Shown: positions 26,913 through 37,187, numbered from the stretch's first letter. The stretch is DNA of 60,596 nt from Patescibacteria group bacterium (GCA_041650775.1 JBAZKO010000003.1:1-60596); one strand, 5' to 3'. Made by a program: numbers and translations. Notes: a model not told the origin generated them from the letters alone.

Positions 26913-28025
26913 TTATTTTTTATGCGCGTCAATAAACTCCGTTAACTGCCGCCGAAAATTATCCACGGAAAACCGCTCAGCCGAGCGACGAATCTCCGCT
27001 GAATCGAAATCGGCGGAACGGAAATTCTTTATAACCGCGGTTAAAGCCTCCGCCGTCTGTTCTTTAAAAAATAAGCCGGTTCGTCCTTCGATAACGGTTT
27101 CGGTCGCGCCGCCTTTCTCATAAGCGATTACCGGCCGGCCGCTGGCGAGCGACTCGACGACGGTAATGCCGAAATCTTCCTCCTGCGGATTAATGAAAGC
27201 CTGGGCGCCACTAAATAATTTTGCCTTAATCTCTTCGCTTACCCGGCCCAAGAATTCAATATTAACCGCTCCGGCGGCTATTTTTTTTAATCTTTCCAAA
27301 TCGACTCCGTCGCCGAAAATTTTCAACTTATAATCCGCGCCTAAATTTTTAAAAGCTTCAACTACGATATCGATCCGCTTATACGGCGCCAGACGGCAAC
27401 CGGCCAGAAAATACTGTTCTTCGCCGGTTGACCGGCTCAAATCACTAACCGTGAATCGCTCCGTTTCCACCGGCGGATAAATCACGGTCGACTCGCGGCG
27501 ATAATATTTAGCGATTCGCCGCCGCACCGTTTCGGAATTGGCGATGAAGAGATCGACGCGATCGGCCGCCAGGCGATCCCAAAGACGAATCCGATTTAAA
27601 ACCAGAGAAATTATCTTTTTCAGCCATTTATTATACTTCAATTCGTTCATATACTGGTGCGTATCACTCCAAAGATAACGAGTCGGCGTATGGCAATAGT
27701 CGATATGTAAGCAACCAGGTTTAGTGATAACCCCCTTGGCAAAAGAGCTGGAATCGGAAATCACCAAATCAAATTCCCGCAAATCAAAAAATTCCACCGC
27801 CAGCGGCATAAAAAACAAATACCATTGATAATGTCTGATTCCGCCGGGTAGTTTTTGAATGACCGAAGTTTCTATCCGTCGTCCTCTCAAATATTTTTCC
27901 GTGTATTTTTTTTCGTAGAGCAAAGTATAAATCGGCGCCGCGGGAAACATCTCCGCCAAAACCTTCAGCACCTTTTCGGCGCCGCCATCCTGAGCTAAAT
28001 GATCATGGATTAAAGCGACTTTCAT
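26913..28025 (-). CDS. Glycosyltransferase family 4
   Basis: HDHLAQDGGAEKV, YCHTPTRYLW and EEDFGITVVE motifs. Confidence 0.92.
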   Translation of the reverse strand: MKVALIHDHLAQDGGAEKVLKVLAEMFPAAPIYTLLYEKKYTEKYLRGRRIETSVIQKLPGGIRHYQWYLFFMPLAVEFFDLREFDLVISDSSSFAKGVITKPGCLHIDYCHTPTRYLWSDTHQYMNELKYNKWLKKIISLVLNRIRLWDRLAADRVDLFIANSETVRRRIAKYYRRESTVIYPPVETERFTVSDLSRSTGEEQYFLAGCRLAPYKRIDIVVEAFKNLGADYKLKIFGDGVDLERLKKIAAGAVNIEFLGRVSEEIKAKLFSGAQAFINPQEEDFGITVVESLASGRPVIAYEKGGATETVIEGRTGLFFKEQTAEALTAVIKNFRSADFDSAEIRRSAERFSVDNFRRQLTEFIDAHKK

Positions 28026-28028
28026 AAT

Positions 28029-29444
28029 TTATTCCGCTTCCCGATGTTTTAACACCGCGAAAGGGGTTCGCAACAAAATAGAAATATCCAACAACAGCGA
28101 CCAATTTTCAATATAATAAATATCCAGTTTCGCCTCTTCCTCGAACAATAGATCGCTCCGGCCGGAAACCTGAGCCAGACCGGTGATGCCCGGTTTAACG
28201 GATAAAGTTTTCTTATGGTAATTTTCGTATTTAGCCACTTCTTCCGGCAGATGTGGCCGCGGACCGACTAAACTCATCCGACCGATAAAAACTAAAAATA
28301 ATTCCGGGAGTTCATCTATCGACCAGCGGCGGATAAACTTGCCGATACGAGTGACGCGTGGATCGTCTTTGATTTTGACCATCGGCCCGTCCGTCCGAAT
28401 ATTGCGGTCAGCCAGTTCATTATAGCGCATGCTATCCGAATTAGGAATCATGGAACGGAATTTAAAATACTTGAAAGGAACGCCGCCTTCACCGATGCGA
28501 GTAACGAAAGAACCATCGTCGCGACGGGAAAAGAAAATCGGCCCTTTTGAATCCAGCGCGACCGCCAAGATAGTAATGAGGATTAAAGGTGAAAAAATAA
28601 TAATCAGAACGGCGGAAACGACAATATCAAAAAGCCGCTTAAAAATACGCCCCCAACCTTCCAGCGTCGTCCGCTTGACTTCCACCACCGGAATACCGAT
28701 AATTTCCGCCACTTCCGTACGTAAGACCTTAACTTCCAGTAAATCGGCGACATATTTAAAAGTCAGGTGATTTTCATTGGCAAAATCGTAAAGACGAAGC
28801 GTTTCTACTTTGCTTAAGTTCGGATCGCTTTGGATAATCTCGTCTACTTCCCGATCTTTAATAAATTCCGCGAGTTCCTGAGCGGTTTCCAAAGAAAAAT
28901 CGCGCGCCCGCTTAACGACCTCGAAACCTGATTTTTTATTGCCGGAAAATTCGGTCATCAAATTATCGGCCGTTTTGGAATTACCGACCAGAACGACTTT
29001 ATGAACGCCGAGACCGAACCGAAAAAGCGAACGTTGCAACCAACGGATAAAGGCATGGGCCAGACTAATATAGACTACCGCGAACAGCCAACCGGCCAAA
29101 ACAATAAAACGCGAATCGAACAATTCGCGTTGAAAAAAAATCATGACCGCCACTACCGCCAATCCGGTCGAACAGGCAAAAAATATCTTCCGCAATTCCT
29201 GAGCCAACTGGCGAGCGCTTCTAATCTGATATAAGCCGGCGATAATGAAAATCATTATCCAGAGAACAGCGATAATCAGAACAGACTTAAAATATTGAGG
29301 AAACGGTAAATTAAAAATTACCGGCCGGATGCTGGCAGACCACTCGGAAAATCTTAAATAATAAGCGGAAATTCCGGCCAGCACGACTAAAATAAAATCT
29401 ACCGGCACGAAGAGGACGGAAAAAAACGATTCGCTTTTTTTCAT
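28029..29444 (-). CDS. Undecaprenyl-phosphate sugar-1-phosphate transferase (WcaJ/WbaP-like priming enzyme)
   Basis: N-terminal TMs; KRLFDIV, FKFRSM, DDPRVTRIG, SIDELP and VKPGITGLAQV motifs. Confidence 0.93.
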   Translation of the reverse strand: MKKSESFFSVLFVPVDFILVVLAGISAYYLRFSEWSASIRPVIFNLPFPQYFKSVLIIAVLWIMIFIIAGLYQIRSARQLAQELRKIFFACSTGLAVVAVMIFFQRELFDSRFIVLAGWLFAVVYISLAHAFIRWLQRSLFRFGLGVHKVVLVGNSKTADNLMTEFSGNKKSGFEVVKRARDFSLETAQELAEFIKDREVDEIIQSDPNLSKVETLRLYDFANENHLTFKYVADLLEVKVLRTEVAEIIGIPVVEVKRTTLEGWGRIFKRLFDIVVSAVLIIIFSPLILITILAVALDSKGPIFFSRRDDGSFVTRIGEGGVPFKYFKFRSMIPNSDSMRYNELADRNIRTDGPMVKIKDDPRVTRIGKFIRRWSIDELPELFLVFIGRMSLVGPRPHLPEEVAKYENYHKKTLSVKPGITGLAQVSGRSDLLFEEEAKLDIYYIENWSLLLDISILLRTPFAVLKHREAE

Positions 29445-29467
29445 ATATTAATTTTTTATAAACAGAG

Positions 29468-29893
29468 GTTATTGGGACAGCCGTAAGCCGGATTCTGTTC
29501 TAAACGATCATTTATCTGGGCCCGTTATCGCTAACGGGCTCGAGCGAGCCACTTGTCATTGCCGCCCCCGGCCGCCGACTAGCGACGGCCGATAGCGGCA
29601 AGTTTGCTCTTGCTTTCGATAGGGTTTACCACGGCATCTCCGTCACCGGAGGCCGAAACCGGTAGCTCGGGTCGCCCCAAGCATCCGATATCTTTTCACC
29701 TTTGATTCTGTTAAAAAATTCCAGAATTAGTATTGTCTCTGTGGCACTTTCCCTGATCCGTCGATTCGCTTAACGCGTACCGACCGACCGGTGGGCGTTA
29801 CCCACTATCGTTTTTGCTCAAAAAGAGCTTTTAAAGTCCGGACTTTCCTCCCCGTTTTAAAAAACGGAGCGATCGCCCGCTTACCCCAATAAC
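29468..29893 (-). ncRNA. rnpB: RNase P RNA
   Basis: GAGGAAAGTCCGG, GAAAGTGCCACAGA and GAACAGAATCCGGCTTA; P1 GTTATTGGG/CCCAATAAC; promoter TTGCTT-N17-TATTAT at 29900-29928. Confidence 0.95.
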
Positions 29894-29956
29894 GTTCTTA
29901 TAATACAAGAAAAGTCATAAAAAAGCAAGAGGAATGATGCTAACATTAGATTTATT

Positions 29957-32900
29957 TTATTTATTATTAGCATAAATATCTTTAATTTGTGTCGGACTTA
30001 ACGCTCCGGACCAAACTCCCAACTCATCAATCTCGGAACTGGAACCGTCCGTGGAAATCTTTAAGTAATTAATTTCCCTTTCTTCCCTCATCCTAATCAA
30101 AGACAAGCCGGCCTTCTCTTCTCCGTCTACGTAAAAGCTTAATTTATAACGGTAAGAATCATAAACCAGAGCCAAATGATGCCAGGCGCCGTCATCGGGA
30201 ATAGCCGTGTTTAGTCCTTCGGCAAGGATTCCATAATTGCCGTCCGACCAGAACCCCAGGCGATAATTATTAGCTAACAATGAAAAGATATTAGTTCCTT
30301 TATCCGCCCCGCCAATCAGATAAATATTGGCCCGCCCCTGATTGGGGCGATCCCGATCGCGCCACCAAAGAGTCAAAGACAAATCTTCGGAATCAAGCGG
30401 ATCGACGAACTCAGCAGAAAAAGTGCTGCCGAAAGAAGTTCCGATGGCATAATTATTATGGCTCCGTCCAACCCATGATTCCGAAGGAACATTAAGAATC
30501 AGACCGTTGACACTGTCAGTCGCCACCGAACCGGTGTCTTCTTCAAAGTTCCACAAATAATCAAGCACGGCCGGCTTCTGCGGCTCTCTGGCCGTTAAAG
30601 GATTGAAAGGCGCGTCGGCCCGATAAGCGGCCAAAATTTCCGCGGCGGCCAGAGAACGATTCCAGACCGCCAATTCATCGATAAGTACCGGATCGCAATT
30701 GCCACTAATTGTCAGTTCCGTCACCGCGAACAGACGAGCCATAAAATTTTCTTTAATCGTCTCCCGGCCGTCTATATAAACCGCCCAATAATCTTCTTCT
30801 TGGTTAACCACCAAAGTCGCCTGATGCCAGGAATCATCAAAAGGAATATCGGTATAATAGCGCCAGGCGGAATTCGGTAAACCTTCGACCGTCGCCAACC
30901 CTGGCTCCAGAGACAGGCTCATCTTATTATCGCCGGCCGAATCGGACAATTCTAAAATCAAGCGGGGAAAATCATGCGATCTCTTATAATAGAAACTAAA
31001 AGACAACTGTTCGAGATTCAGCGCCGCGCCGGGCGAAAGTTTGAATCCGGGATAATTAAAACCGACAACGCGCGCACATTCCCATTTACCGATCGCTCTT
31101 TCCCCTTCGCCGTGGCATTCGTCGAAATGCCAGACATTAGTTAAGCCGGCCGAATCAATCGGCGTCGGCGCTACGAATAAACCAAAATCGGAATCAGAAT
31201 CGGTCGGCGGCTCTAAAACGATGCTCGGATCGGCGGATAAAACCAGACGAAAATCCGTCGCGTTATCGTCGTTGTCGGCTACCCGGCTTAAAATATAATT
31301 GTCGCTTATCTCCGGCGCCGGACCGCTACCCAAAAAATAAGTGGCTTCCGGACCATAGCCAACCGCGTCGACAATATCGGAATCAAGGCTCGAACTGATG
31401 GCACCGGTTCCGAGATACAAAGTATAGTCGGAGCCGGTCCAACTGAATTCGTCGCGCGTGGCGATAGCGTCAGCTTGGCTTTTATTATAATCATTAGCGT
31501 CATCGCGGGCAATTAAATAACTGTCATACGCCTTGATTATCGTGCCGCCGGGGTAAGAACCGTCCTCGGTATTTCCCAGACGCATAATCAGACTCGGATC
31601 ATCTGCGGTCTTGGTTTTTTCCAAACGATAACCGGTCGCGGCCAAATCAAAGTCTTTATCACCGGGATTGAATAACTCCACCCAATCATTATCGCCGGTG
31701 CTATAAATTCTATTTATCAAAGCTATTTTAGGTTCATCTTCAGTTGTGTCGTCGACTGGCGGAGTTGAAGTTGTCACATCCTCGGTCGTAGTCGCTATGT
31801 CCTCGGTCGTAGTCGCCATCTCTTCCGTTGTGGTCGCGGTATCTTGAATTATATCTTCGGTCGTAGTCGCAATATTTTCAGTAGAAGTCGCGACATCTTC
31901 CGTTGAAGTCGCCGTCTCCTCGATGATAGTCGTTATTTCCGCGTTCGGCGATAAAAGCAAATTAAAATCGGTGGAATTATCATTATTATCGGCCACCCGA
32001 TTTAAAATATAATTATCGCTTATCTCCGGCGCCGGACCGCTACCTTGAAAATAAGTCGCATCCGGACCATAGCCGACGGCATCAATGATATCCGGATCGG
32101 CGCTGGAACTGATAGCATTAATTCCCAAATATAACGTATAGCCGGAACCGGTCCAACTAAATTCATCGCGCGTGGCCAGAGCGTCGGCCTGGTTCCTATA
32201 ATAATCGCCGGCCGTGGCGCGAACGATTAAATAACTGTCATGCGCTTTGATTATCGTGCCGCCGGGATACGAACCGTCCTCGGTATTTCCCAGACGCATA
32301 ATTAAAGCAGGGTCTTCCGCGGTTTTGGCTCTTTCCAGACGATAACCGGCGGTGGCCAAATCAAAGTCTTCGTCGCCGGGATTGAATAATTCAATCCAAT
32401 CGTCATTTCCTGTACTGTAAATTTTATTTATTATCGCCAACTTCGGTACGCTTGACGCGGACGGAGAAGAAGAACCACCACTGGAACCGCCGGAATTATT
32501 GGCGGAGACTACAATCGGTTGAACCGTAGCGGAGTCATAATAAGCGGTGATAGCGGTCGTCGAAGCGACCGCGGTTTTGGCGACGGTTTTCACCGTGTTG
32601 GTTTTAGTGGCTTTGGCGACGGTTTTAGAGCCGATTTTTCCGGTCGTTTCTTGCGCTGATGCGACCGCGGTTTTAGAAGTCGCGGCGGACGTGGTTTTGG
32701 CCTTATTTCCAGAATTGACAGTCGTCGCCTTATTCACGGTCACTTTCGGATTCGCTTTAACGACCGCCGAATTCGTTTTTTGGGCGGCGGTTTTTTTACT
32801 CGCAGTCTTGGAAACAGCCTTTTCCGTTCCGCCGTCTTCTAAAACTATTTCTGTACCGGAATCGGAACCGAAAATTTTCGCACCCAAACTTTTAGCTAAC

Positions 32901-33835
32901 TCGCCGGTCTTAACCGCCGCTTTAACGACGAAATTTTTGACTTCGCCGGCTAAATTCTTAAGCGCTGAAACCGGATTATTAATCAAACTCCAACGTAAAA
33001 CTAGCGCTTTGACATTTAGCGGCGCGCGCGTTTCCGCTCCCGAAAAATAAGAAGCGACTGCCACATCGGCCGTGACCGCTTTCAAAGACGGCTGAAGAAA
33101 CTGGGTATAGGGCAAAAAGATGTAGCGTTCACCGTTATTTTCCAACCCGACGTCAAAACCGATGAGTTCCGGTGCCGGAATAAGCAAATCCGGCCGGCGG
33201 GCAATTTTTGAAAATTCCCGCTCGCGGGAAAAACAATCGCCCTCTTTATTGACTGTGCTATAATTATCAAAACCGTCGGGCGTAATATCGACCGCGTAAT
33301 AACTCGGATCATATTCCAAAGACGCCAGATTATTAGGATTAGCAATATCCGCGCTTTCATAAAGTTTTTCCGTCAAACCGACGCAAGTCCACCGGCCGCT
33401 TATCGGACCTTTCTGATATTTAAAGTCAAAATCATAATCTAATTTTTTTCCAACCAAACTTTTAGCGATGGTCACCGCTTTCGCTTGTTGAAGCGGCGTC
33501 GCGGCCGACGGTATCCGGGCGCCCAGAAAAGTTTCGTTTTCAGCGCGATTAACGAAATATTTGGCCGGTGTCTTGACGATTCCGTCGGGCATAGCTTCCA
33601 CGATATAATCTTCGCCGTTTTCTTTGCCGATATAAATGGCCGCGTGGCCGGCGTAAATATTCTTGATTATTCCTCCCTCGTCATAGATTAACGGATCGTC
33701 GCTGTAACCATACATTTTTCCGTCGCCGGAAGTCCGATACAGCAAAGTCCCCGGCGGCATAGCGCGACAAAAGACGGGTGCCGCCGACAGCCAGATAAAA
33801 ACAAAAATTTTAGCCGATAATTTTATAATTCTCAT
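29957..33835 (-). CDS. Secreted multidomain protein: permuted papain-like NlpC/P60 domain + 2 lamin-tail domains + 2 LamG-like domains
   Basis: Signal peptide; His (AGHAAIYIG) precedes Cys (WTCVGL); two I.I..IY..G..DW.ELFNP repeats; two WH.....V...YVDG...IDEL.VW modules. Confidence 0.75.
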   Translation of the reverse strand: MRIIKLSAKIFVFIWLSAAPVFCRAMPPGTLLYRTSGDGKMYGYSDDPLIYDEGGIIKNIYAGHAAIYIGKENGEDYIVEAMPDGIVKTPAKYFVNRAENETFLGARIPSAATPLQQAKAVTIAKSLVGKKLDYDFDFKYQKGPISGRWTCVGLTEKLYESADIANPNNLASLEYDPSYYAVDITPDGFDNYSTVNKEGDCFSREREFSKIARRPDLLIPAPELIGFDVGLENNGERYIFLPYTQFLQPSLKAVTADVAVASYFSGAETRAPLNVKALVLRWSLINNPVSALKNLAGEVKNFVVKAAVKTGELAKSLGAKIFGSDSGTEIVLEDGGTEKAVSKTASKKTAAQKTNSAVVKANPKVTVNKATTVNSGNKAKTTSAATSKTAVASAQETTGKIGSKTVAKATKTNTVKTVAKTAVASTTAITAYYDSATVQPIVVSANNSGGSSGGSSSPSASSVPKLAIINKIYSTGNDDWIELFNPGDEDFDLATAGYRLERAKTAEDPALIMRLGNTEDGSYPGGTIIKAHDSYLIVRATAGDYYRNQADALATRDEFSWTGSGYTLYLGINAISSSADPDIIDAVGYGPDATYFQGSGPAPEISDNYILNRVADNNDNSTDFNLLLSPNAEITTIIEETATSTEDVATSTENIATTTEDIIQDTATTTEEMATTTEDIATTTEDVTTSTPPVDDTTEDEPKIALINRIYSTGDNDWVELFNPGDKDFDLAATGYRLEKTKTADDPSLIMRLGNTEDGSYPGGTIIKAYDSYLIARDDANDYNKSQADAIATRDEFSWTGSDYTLYLGTGAISSSLDSDIVDAVGYGPEATYFLGSGPAPEISDNYILSRVADNDDNATDFRLVLSADPSIVLEPPTDSDSDFGLFVAPTPIDSAGLTNVWHFDECHGEGERAIGKWECARVVGFNYPGFKLSPGAALNLEQLSFSFYYKRSHDFPRLILELSDSAGDNKMSLSLEPGLATVEGLPNSAWRYYTDIPFDDSWHQATLVVNQEEDYWAVYIDGRETIKENFMARLFAVTELTISGNCDPVLIDELAVWNRSLAAAEILAAYRADAPFNPLTAREPQKPAVLDYLWNFEEDTGSVATDSVNGLILNVPSESWVGRSHNNYAIGTSFGSTFSAEFVDPLDSEDLSLTLWWRDRDRPNQGRANIYLIGGADKGTNIFSLLANNYRLGFWSDGNYGILAEGLNTAIPDDGAWHHLALVYDSYRYKLSFYVDGEEKAGLSLIRMREEREINYLKISTDGSSSEIDELGVWSGALSPTQIKDIYANNK
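31240..32445. repeat. Intragenic duplication of the lamin-tail domain (~0.5 kb copies, 714-bp offset) flanking a 21-bp tandem repeat
   Basis: Near-identical blocks such as CTTATCTCCGGCGCCGGACCGCTACC in both copies; ATTTEDI/ATSTEDV heptads at ~31771-31915. Confidence 0.85.
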
Positions 33836-33852
33836 AAATTTATTTGATTCTT

Positions 33853-34716
33853 TTAATTATTATAATATTCTTTCCAGGCGGCGGGACTCACCGCCACCGG
33901 CGCCAGTTCTTCCCCGCCCAGCTTATTTAAAATATCGGCGGCAAAAGCCCGGCTGATTTCATCCTGACCATTTTCCGCGTTATAGGCCGTTTTTAAGATA
34001 ACAGCGGTTTCTTCCGAAAACAGAGGGTAATAATCGCTTAACAGTAAAACCAAAGATTGGCGCAAGGATTTTTCTGTCGCCGAATCGACAATTAGACTCT
34101 CAATAGCTTCCAACTGCTTAAGGGAAAACCATTTTTCTTTATTCGGAAAATCACTTAATAACTTTATAGCTTCCTGTTTCAAAGCCGGATGATAATCGCC
34201 GGTCAGAAGAGTAAAATAATAATCCGGAGACGAGTTCTCTTCTTCGCTACCTAAAATCCCGCCGTAAGAAGCGATAATCGCGGCCTGGATGACCGGATCA
34301 GCCTCCGAATCAGCCAAATAGCTCTTTATATACGGCGGCGCGTCAGGGCCGAAAGCGCGCCGCAGGATGGCGACTAGTTCTGATCTAAATTCCGCGCCCG
34401 CTTCTTCATCTAAAAAATAATTTTGCAAACGCTTGGCTAAACGAGAATCCGGCTTGCCGGTTAAACTTTTAATGATAGTTTCGACCGCCTGACGACGTTT
34501 TAAAGAACAGTCTTCATGACAAATTTTCTCCGCCTGCCAGGAATTTTTGAGTTCAGCCAATCGCACTGCCGCCGGATCGACCGTCAGGAAAGCGCCTAAA
34601 AAATAAAACCCAAAAAGGGAGACTAGCGAGCCGGCGGCGAAAATCAAGCGTTGTTTTAAAGAGAGCGACCGCCACCGCGACCGCCACCGGGAAAATACTT
34701 TTTGACTGTTAAACAT
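33853..34716 (-). CDS. Hypothetical membrane-anchored helical (HEAT-like) protein
   Basis: N-terminal TM, CHEDC motif, Leu/Ala helical repeats; 17 bp upstream of the large surface protein. Confidence 0.7.
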   Translation of the reverse strand: MFNSQKVFSRWRSRWRSLSLKQRLIFAAGSLVSLFGFYFLGAFLTVDPAAVRLAELKNSWQAEKICHEDCSLKRRQAVETIIKSLTGKPDSRLAKRLQNYFLDEEAGAEFRSELVAILRRAFGPDAPPYIKSYLADSEADPVIQAAIIASYGGILGSEEENSSPDYYFTLLTGDYHPALKQEAIKLLSDFPNKEKWFSLKQLEAIESLIVDSATEKSLRQSLVLLLSDYYPLFSEETAVILKTAYNAENGQDEISRAFAADILNKLGGEELAPVAVSPAAWKEYYNN

Positions 34717-34841
34717 AATTTTTAAAATTAGCCCGCCGAGCGCGAGTCGCTAAACATTTATTTTTAGCCTTACTACTATAACAAACCGACCCTGACGCGG
34801 CGTTAAACTTTTTTTAAATTTTTCCGCGCGCCCTAAAAAAC

Positions 34842-34906
34842 AAAAAACCCGTCCGGACGGGTTTTTTCACTAAAATAAAAAATCAGACCTTCCGGCCTGA
34901 TTTTTT
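34842..34906 (-). terminator. Two tandem intrinsic terminators
   Basis: Perfect palindrome AAAAAACCCGTCCGGACGGGTTTTTT (34842-34867) and AAAAAATCAG-N10-CTGATTTTTT (34877-34906). Confidence 0.8.
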
Positions 34907-34931
34907 ATAAAATTATTTTCAAAACTTTTTT

Positions 34932-37187
34932 TTAATTCCCGGCTGGCAATTTCTCCAAACTGGCCAGAAAATCCTGCCAGTCTTTTTCCCGCTTCGGATC
35001 CAGAGCCAGAGCCTTCGAGACGGCAACTTGGGTCCGGGTGGCGTCACCGGTAATCAGATATAATTTAGCCAGATTAAACCAGGCTTCCGGGTCGCTGTCA
35101 TACACGACGGTCAGGCGCTCGGAAAATTTCAGCGCGCGCGTATAGTCGCCTTTATCGACGTAATAAGCAATTGCTTTTAGCAGAAGCGGACCGGAATTAA
35201 GATCGTCCGTCCCGCCTAAATCAGCGCATTTATCAAGGGGCGCGCCAATTTTTTCGTCATCTTTCAATAACAGATAAAATTGCGCCAAACGGCAATAACC
35301 TTCGGAATATTCGGTATTCAAACTGATGGCGTATTCGACAGTCTTAATCGCTTCATCCTTTTCTCCCCGAATCAAAAGCATCTGCGCTTTGACGAGATAG
35401 ACCGGTGCCCGACCCGGACTGGCTTCAATCGATCGGTTGATGGCGTTAACGGCCCGGGCGGAATAATAATTAAATTTTATCAGATTATCGAAATTAAGCC
35501 GCGCCGTCATGTCTAAAATTTGCGCCAACTGCATCTGCATCAGACTGTCCTGCGGATTTTCCGCAACATTTTTTTCCGCCAGAGAAATCACGTAATCCGC
35601 GATATCGCCCGCCGTATCGGCCGGCAAAGAACTGAGCAAATTGGAACCGGATACCAAGCTGATTAAAGTTGCCCGGCCGTCACGATCCAGCGGCGTGCCG
35701 ATTAAAGCTTTCCGGTAAGCAGCTATTCCCGCCGAGAGATTTCCCTGAACGATATCGCCATAGCCGACGATGACACCCTGGAACATCCGCCAAGGCCGGA
35801 TACTACATTGATAAATAAAAACATAAGCGATTATCAGGGAAATGATCAAAATCGTCAGTTCCCAAGAACCGCTGATAACCAGCCGCTTTTCTCCGTTGTC
35901 TTCCCTGTCCGTTTCGCCCGTCATTTCCGCCCGTTCTGAAATCCGCCAATAAATAAATCCCAGGATAATCATTAGGCCGATATAGGTTACGAAAGAATCA
36001 AAAACTACCAGGTTCTGGATAAAATAAGCCGCCACTAGCGCGATAATTATCAAAATTTCCAAATTGCGCCGATTCCCGTCTTCTCGCCCGCCGACACGCG
36101 CGCCGTTTTTACGGAATTCCATTATCAGATAATAAAGCACGGCGGCGAAGATGCTGAGATAAGCTAGGAGACCGACTAGACCGGTTGTGGAAACGATATC
36201 AATCAGGTTGTTGTGCGCCCGGTCGAAATAAGTTTCCGACTTCATGTAATTAAAAAATTTGGAATCAAAATGCTTGTCGAAAATTATGGCGTAATTACCG
36301 AAGCCGGTGCCGAAGAGCGGATGATATTTAAAATCGGCCGCCGCCCCTTTCCAGGAAATGAGCCGCGTCTGGAAGGTTATTTTCTGAAAAGTGAAGCTCT
36401 TTAAAAAACTATTTTGGAACCAGGGGGTTTTAGATTGAGAAAATAAAACGATTAATAAAATCACGACTGCCCCGAAAGTCACTAAAGAAATCCGGCGCAA
36501 GCCTTTATTCTTATGGAATAGTCCGAGCAGAAAAAACAAAAGCAGAATGCCGCAAAATAGACCGACAATGGCGCCGGAAGTGAAAGCCGCCTTAAATTCC
36601 AGGAGCATGATTGCGACGGGCAGAAGATAGAGCCAGCGCCAGCCCTTACCGGAAGCGCGAAAAAACAAAATCAAGCAGAAAAAAAGATTAAAAATCAAAT
36701 AACCGCTGACATAAGCGGTGTTGCCGATAGAACTGAAAACCTCGGGACCGGTCAGACCAAACAAACTAACGAGCGTCGCGACCGCGACAGAAACAAAGAA
36801 CAGCGCCCGCCATTCGCGCCAGGAACGAAAAACCGTAATCAAAATCAGATAAAAAATCAGGAAATGGAAGAGATGAAAAAATCCGAGCATCCGTTCGGAA
36901 TCGCCCCAAAAACTCAGATTAAAATCCACGCTCACGGCGCAGGAAATCAAAACCGCCCCGAAATAAGCGGCCAGACCGAAAGTAATGAGATTCTTCTTCG
37001 GCCGATACGCAGGATAACGCAGAATAAAAACCAGCCAGATTGCGCCCAGAATTTCCATCAAGATATTGAACGAGAGTTGCTTGGAAGTAATGTAAGGAAA
37101 AAGCAAATCTTTAAAAACGAAAAAAACAATCAACAGCGAAGCGAGTAAGCCGATTTGTAAAATTTTTAAATAAGTCTTGGCGGGCAT
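34932..37187 (-). CDS. O-antigen-ligase-like oligosaccharyltransferase with C-terminal TPR region
   Basis: Multi-TM; SIGNTAY, RLISW, PLFGTGFGNY and DRAHNNLID motifs; TPR helices at the C-terminus. Confidence 0.85.
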   Translation of the reverse strand: MPAKTYLKILQIGLLASLLIVFFVFKDLLFPYITSKQLSFNILMEILGAIWLVFILRYPAYRPKKNLITFGLAAYFGAVLISCAVSVDFNLSFWGDSERMLGFFHLFHFLIFYLILITVFRSWREWRALFFVSVAVATLVSLFGLTGPEVFSSIGNTAYVSGYLIFNLFFCLILFFRASGKGWRWLYLLPVAIMLLEFKAAFTSGAIVGLFCGILLLFFLLGLFHKNKGLRRISLVTFGAVVILLIVLFSQSKTPWFQNSFLKSFTFQKITFQTRLISWKGAAADFKYHPLFGTGFGNYAIIFDKHFDSKFFNYMKSETYFDRAHNNLIDIVSTTGLVGLLAYLSIFAAVLYYLIMEFRKNGARVGGREDGNRRNLEILIIIALVAAYFIQNLVVFDSFVTYIGLMIILGFIYWRISERAEMTGETDREDNGEKRLVISGSWELTILIISLIIAYVFIYQCSIRPWRMFQGVIVGYGDIVQGNLSAGIAAYRKALIGTPLDRDGRATLISLVSGSNLLSSLPADTAGDIADYVISLAEKNVAENPQDSLMQMQLAQILDMTARLNFDNLIKFNYYSARAVNAINRSIEASPGRAPVYLVKAQMLLIRGEKDEAIKTVEYAISLNTEYSEGYCRLAQFYLLLKDDEKIGAPLDKCADLGGTDDLNSGPLLLKAIAYYVDKGDYTRALKFSERLTVVYDSDPEAWFNLAKLYLITGDATRTQVAVSKALALDPKREKDWQDFLASLEKLPAGN

